From: Macrostomum lignano
Taxonomy: Eukaryota
Direction of reading: 5' to 3'
Assembly: GCA_002269645.1 (NCBI GenBank)
Contig: NIVC01003723.1
Span: forward strand, 16,559-80,558
Length of the DNA stretch: 64,000 bases
In this document: one piece after another, positions 59,481 to 64,000 of the stretch
How positions within the stretch are numbered: position 1 is the first letter of the stretch
Layout: every line of letters starts with the position of its first letter
Translations under genes and position numbers: made by a program
The notes under the pieces: model-generated
The model's database searches: none
What the model was told of the DNA's origin: nothing
What the model saw: only the letters and a program-made list of their open reading frames with translations

Positions 59481-61439
59481 CCTCTCCTTCTGCCTTATAC
59501 TCGCGCATCTCGAGTGGGTTTATTGTGTAGCTCATTTTCTTACTCTTTTTGTATAGAGAAATTAAGAAGACGCGAACACAAAAGATGGCACATCTTTTGG
59601 CCTGTTCCAGCGGTGCACAAGAGGCTTTTTATCATGCTTTGCATGTAAACCATAGGTTCAATTCAATGGGGGGCAGTTTTCTCTTTGCTCTCGGCGCATT
59701 GTGTGATCAAATAAGCACATGAATTATTCTCAATTTTAGAGAAAACCATGTATGCACTAAAAAGATAGTCCATTTAGTAGAAGTAGAAAATAGACTGCAA
59801 TTGTTTACTTCTTCATTCATTTTCCACGCTCGAGCACCTCTCGGACATCGGTGTCGCTCTCAGCAGCATATTCTGTGTCGTACACGTCAGGATTTTCGTT
59901 GAAACTTACAATATAAAAGCAAAGCTTTAAAAAATATGAACTTACTTACAATAACACAATATTGAAGCAATCACTTACTATCTTAATACCACTGGTGAAC
60001 TTGTTTTTTTTCTGGTTGACCATCTTTCGAAACCAAGGCAACTGTCTCATGTGACATCTTGAGAAGATCCTTAAACCTAGTATTGTTAAGCATTTTTGCC
60101 TTCTTGCGGATCGCAGTGCTATAATTCATGACGACACGTATTGAATAGGTAGAAAAAATTAACCCTGGATATTTAAGGCAGAGTTGATAATATTTGTTGT
60201 AGCCCTCAACCTTCCGGATTGTGATGTTGAATTCTTCGGCTGGCTCTCGCTCTTGCATTTGAAACTTGGCGTTTAGATAGTAGATCACCCTAGCTTGCTC
60301 AAAATTGCATCATTGCCTTAGCAATTATATAGATGATCGATTGATGTCTTTAATTTGTTAAATATTTCTATTAAATCACGCTTAAGCGTATCTTTTAGCT
60401 TGTGGCCAACATTGAGGGACAAGCCTTGCGTAATCGCTTCTGTGCACACACTCACTACTCTATTTTAATTCTCTAACTTCTGATAGATCGTATCTAGCAC
60501 ATTCTCCACATAACTCATTTCTTTTCTCCTTAAGGTGGTAACCCACTGGAAAAAAGTCGGCGGCCCGCCGGTGGCACTCGCCGGCGGCACTCTCCACGGG
60601 CCGCCAGGCGGCATGCGTCACGGGCCGGCAGGCGGGCCGACGGCGGCATGCGCTGAAATGCCGCTTTCATGCCGCCGAGAGGGCGTGCGTACTGCTTACA
60701 TGCCGCTCTCTTGCCACTCTGATGCCGCTCATTTCGCTTGCCTGCCACCTGCAAGCCGCTATTCTCTAGAGGACATCGACTTAAAGATTCTTACAAGATC
60801 TGACTTGAACTTCTATTTACGAACTTGCAAAAAATTACAGGATCTTACCTATGTACCTATGTATCTTACCTGATCGTGCATGTTCTTGTAAGATACGATC
60901 TTTTAAGATCTTAATTAACACATCACGATCTTGTAAGATTGTGCAAGATATGCCAAGACAGCAGTGTACACTTGCGACCAAAGAAACTTGGTTATCTGGT
61001 CAGATCTGGGCTGAACCCAGGCCAGCTTATAATAATGCAGTTTAAAAGAAAGTATTATGAAGAAAGTAATCATAAACTGATTTTAATTTTTTAATATACA
61101 TCAAAATCTCTTTTAGTTGTACTAACTGCTTCATAAGCTAGAGTGAGTGTATTGACTATTTATTATGTTGCCATTTGTTGAGCATATACATGGTTATGTG
61201 TAAATAAACAGAAATACCTAAAAAGTGCTTACAAGTAAAAAATGAATAATTGAAATGATAGCGTAGCTATCATTGATGCACAAGGGTCTTCTATAGGCAG
61301 TTGTAATTTTGCCAAATCTGCGGGTGATATGAGCATATTAATAAAATAAGTGTAGTAGTATGGGGTAAGTAGGTTTAGGCGCAGAGCATACCTTGAAATT
61401 CACTGAAAAATGACTAAAAACAGGAGAGTAGAATAGACG

Positions 61440-61760
61440 AAAGGGCTTTTGGGACAAATTTTTAACCCCCACAATCCCATTAAATCCATCCATATTATCC
61501 CTGACAGAATCAAAAAAGGGAGGAGGGGTTGAGTGGGGTGCACTTGCTTCAAAAACTTCGAAAATAATCCATCCATATTATCCCCGACAGAATCAGAAAA
61601 AAAGGAGTGGGACGCACTTGCTCCGAAAACCTCGAATATAATCCTAAATCCATCTATATTATCCTTGAATCAGAAAAAAAGAGGGTCGCACTCGCTTACA
61701 AAACGTCATCCGTAATCCACATAAATTCAATCATATTATCCCTGACAGAATCAGAGCATA
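61440..61760. repeat. Imperfect ~70-85-bp repeat (ATCCATATTATCCCTGACAGAATCA core) x4
   Basis: The core recurs near 61487, 61571, 61651 and 61731. Confidence 0.7.
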
Positions 61761-61907
61761 ACAGGTGTACTACATAATCCGCTGACATCAGCCTGGGTAG
61801 GTAGCAGACAGTTTGTACAGACGAATGTAAAAATAGCCAGTTGATTGCTGGATGTTTACTTTTTTGCACAAATGGGCGAACTGCACTTTAAAATCATGTT
61901 TAAAGTT

Positions 61908-62381
61908 CTATTTCTCTTCGGTGCGATAACTTGTAAGCAGCCGCCCAACTTTAAGAATCCAATGTAGACCTCCAATTTGAGTCTTTTTGTACTTTGCTAG
62001 AGCAGCCTTCACCCTAGTGATGATGTTCTGCTCGCCAGATGGAAGCTGGTGATCAACAGCATCCATTAGCTGATCATTTATTGTTTCGCGGGATGCGTAC
62101 AGCTTCTCCCTGAATTTCTGCAGATCCGCCATCTTCTTCTGCAGATCCGCCATCTTCTTTTTTTCGCTACTCACATTTTGCGCTTCATTCGCTGCGGCGA
62201 TATCATCAGGGGCCATGGCGAAAAACTCGATTGGTAGGTCGCCAGTTTCTAGACTGAAAAAGTTGGTTAGTTCCTCTCTTCTTCTTGCTTGTAGATGTGA
62301 CGGCATATCCTGTAAAATTCTTTGTAGCGTGGCACAAAGGCCTTGCTTATCTGTCAAATGAGGATTCCACTCGACTTCCAT
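61908..62381 (-). CDS. Hypothetical 157-aa helical/coiled-coil protein
   Basis: ATG-initiated intact ORF with an in-frame 21-bp duplication (KKMADLQ x2); no family recognised. Confidence 0.4.
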   Translation of the reverse strand: MEVEWNPHLTDKQGLCATLQRILQDMPSHLQARRREELTNFFSLETGDLPIEFFAMAPDDIAAANEAQNVSSEKKKMADLQKKMADLQKFREKLYASRETINDQLMDAVDHQLPSGEQNIITRVKAALAKYKKTQIGGLHWILKVGRLLTSYRTEEK

Positions 62382-63705
62382 TTTCTAAATATTTATAGAA
62401 AGCAGCTGTGAAGTGAACTGCAGCAGTGGCCTTACAAGAGGCAAACTCTTCCCCTAACTAGCACTGCATTTTTTTCACCCCTGATTCTGCAAATCAGCTC
62501 GCCTCCACACCATACCCCTTTTCAGGCCCTGCCAGGCGTAGAATTTCAGAAAATTTTAGACTGTACAATCTTGGAGTCAAGCAGGGAAAAGTAATCGATA
62601 TAGCTCAGTGTACGATAGAACATGAGGCGTGTAAAAGTGAGGGGTGAGACTTCTCTGTACAAATAGCATAGGGTGAGGAGGTGAGGAGCATAAAGGAGAA
62701 GCATGGTGGAAAGAGAAATTTTAGCCGAAACCAGTGTGCTCAAGATTGTACACTTGTGTGGAGAGAAGAGAAGCGAAGGCCAGAAGGCCAATTTGCGATA
62801 AAATTTGGCCTCGCGCAAGGCCAGCTTGAAGAGGATTTTGGCCTCGAGTAAGACCAGATTGAAAAGGATTTTGGCCTTGTAGTTTACAGATGCACACTGT
62901 TAAGTGTCAGAGTGTCTTGTAACAATTAAGGGGAATTATATATTTTTAAACCAGTAGTGGCTTATTTTTTGGTTGTCTACTTTATCGCTCTCTCAACCCC
63001 CCCCCCCCTAGTGACCCAAAATGCACAAATAATGCATTTTTAGTGGCCATTATAATCCATTATAATGGCATTAAATGGCACTATAATGGCATGAAAAATG
63101 CTATTTAATTGCATTAATAATGCCATTAAAATGTAATTTGAAAAAATGCATTTTTAGTGAACTTTAGTGGCCAGCTTATACTTTTAATATTACTTGTACC
63201 ATGTATATGATATGTACAGATCTCATCAGCTGCAAAAGTGTAGACCTTCAATTGCATTATTACCTAATACATGTGACCTGATTGCTTCGGCAGGATCTAC
63301 ATTGGGTATGAAGATATCCAATAAAACGACTTGATATCGCAAAATCTATAATAGTTTTCGTAGCAATTTTGACGCGGTCGCCCAAAACCTACCAGCTGCT
63401 CTTCCACTCCACTAATACTGCTCCATATACCCGTAAATAATAAAGAATTGTTGAAAACTGTTAAAAGTCATTTCGATAGAAAATAATAACAGAACATGAA
63501 ACATTGGCGCCTTAGCAGACTAAATATATTAGCGACGTTAGCGTAGACTATAGGTGGATTCATTTTCTCACCAAAATTACAGCTCGTAGTACAATAAGAG
63601 CACTAAACTGCATTTGCGCACTAGACGGTAGATGGTGCTGATCAGTGTTGCCACTACAAAAAGCAATATTTTTGCAAGCTGAGAAAAAATTTGCAGACGA
63701 CTCGG

Positions 63706-63800
63706 GGAATGGGTTCAGGGCGATTCTGAGGGCTGGTTCAGGGCGATTCTGAGAGCTGGTTCAGGGCGATTCTGAGGGCTGGTTCAGGGCGATTCTAAAT
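63706..63800. repeat. 23-bp repeat (GTTCAGGGCGATTCTGAGGGCTG) x4
   Basis: Direct tandem copies. Confidence 0.85.
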
Positions 63801-64000
63801 GCTACTTTGAGTTGATTTTAATCATTGCTGCAGCAGCAGTGGCAGCATTGGTCCTAATTTGCTCCCTGATCAAAATGTCTGGAAAATATTGAATAATATG
63901 CTAATTTAGTCGTGCTCGCACTCCTCCAGCAACGGTACAAGACAAAAACTGCCAGATGGAATATTTGAAAAGTTGACATTAACTCGAATGCATCTTGCGA

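Overview
Eukaryotic (invertebrate) genomic DNA. Short GC-rich spliced exons, introns filled with intron-specific minisatellites and a TTAGGG tract resemble a free-living flatworm such as Macrostomum (inference). Six spliced genes were reconstructed by hand with phase-consistent GT-AG junctions. One is the 3' part of a xanthine dehydrogenase/aldehyde oxidase gene on the + strand. The other five run consecutively on the - strand: LysM-domain (LYSMD1/2-like), QDPR, PAK1IP1, HBS1L and UPF0047/YjbQ. Almost all long ORFs in the supplied track are artefacts of tandem repeats. Mobile DNA includes a decayed Ty3/Gypsy element, two P-element/THAP9-like transposase remnants, two LINE RT remnants, several MITEs with target-site duplications, a tRNA-derived SINE and a decayed Maverick/Polinton-like element (pPolB, penton-like and discoidin-like ORFs). 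Best novelty candidates: (1) a head-to-tail array of ~74-bp units in HBS1L intron 3, each with Helitron-type termini (TC...hairpin...CTAG), with a 2.36-kb Helitron-like element in exact register; (2) the five co-oriented genes all have splice acceptors near their starts and two lack an in-frame ATG, suggesting an SL trans-spliced operon-like cluster that may use the leader's AUG.
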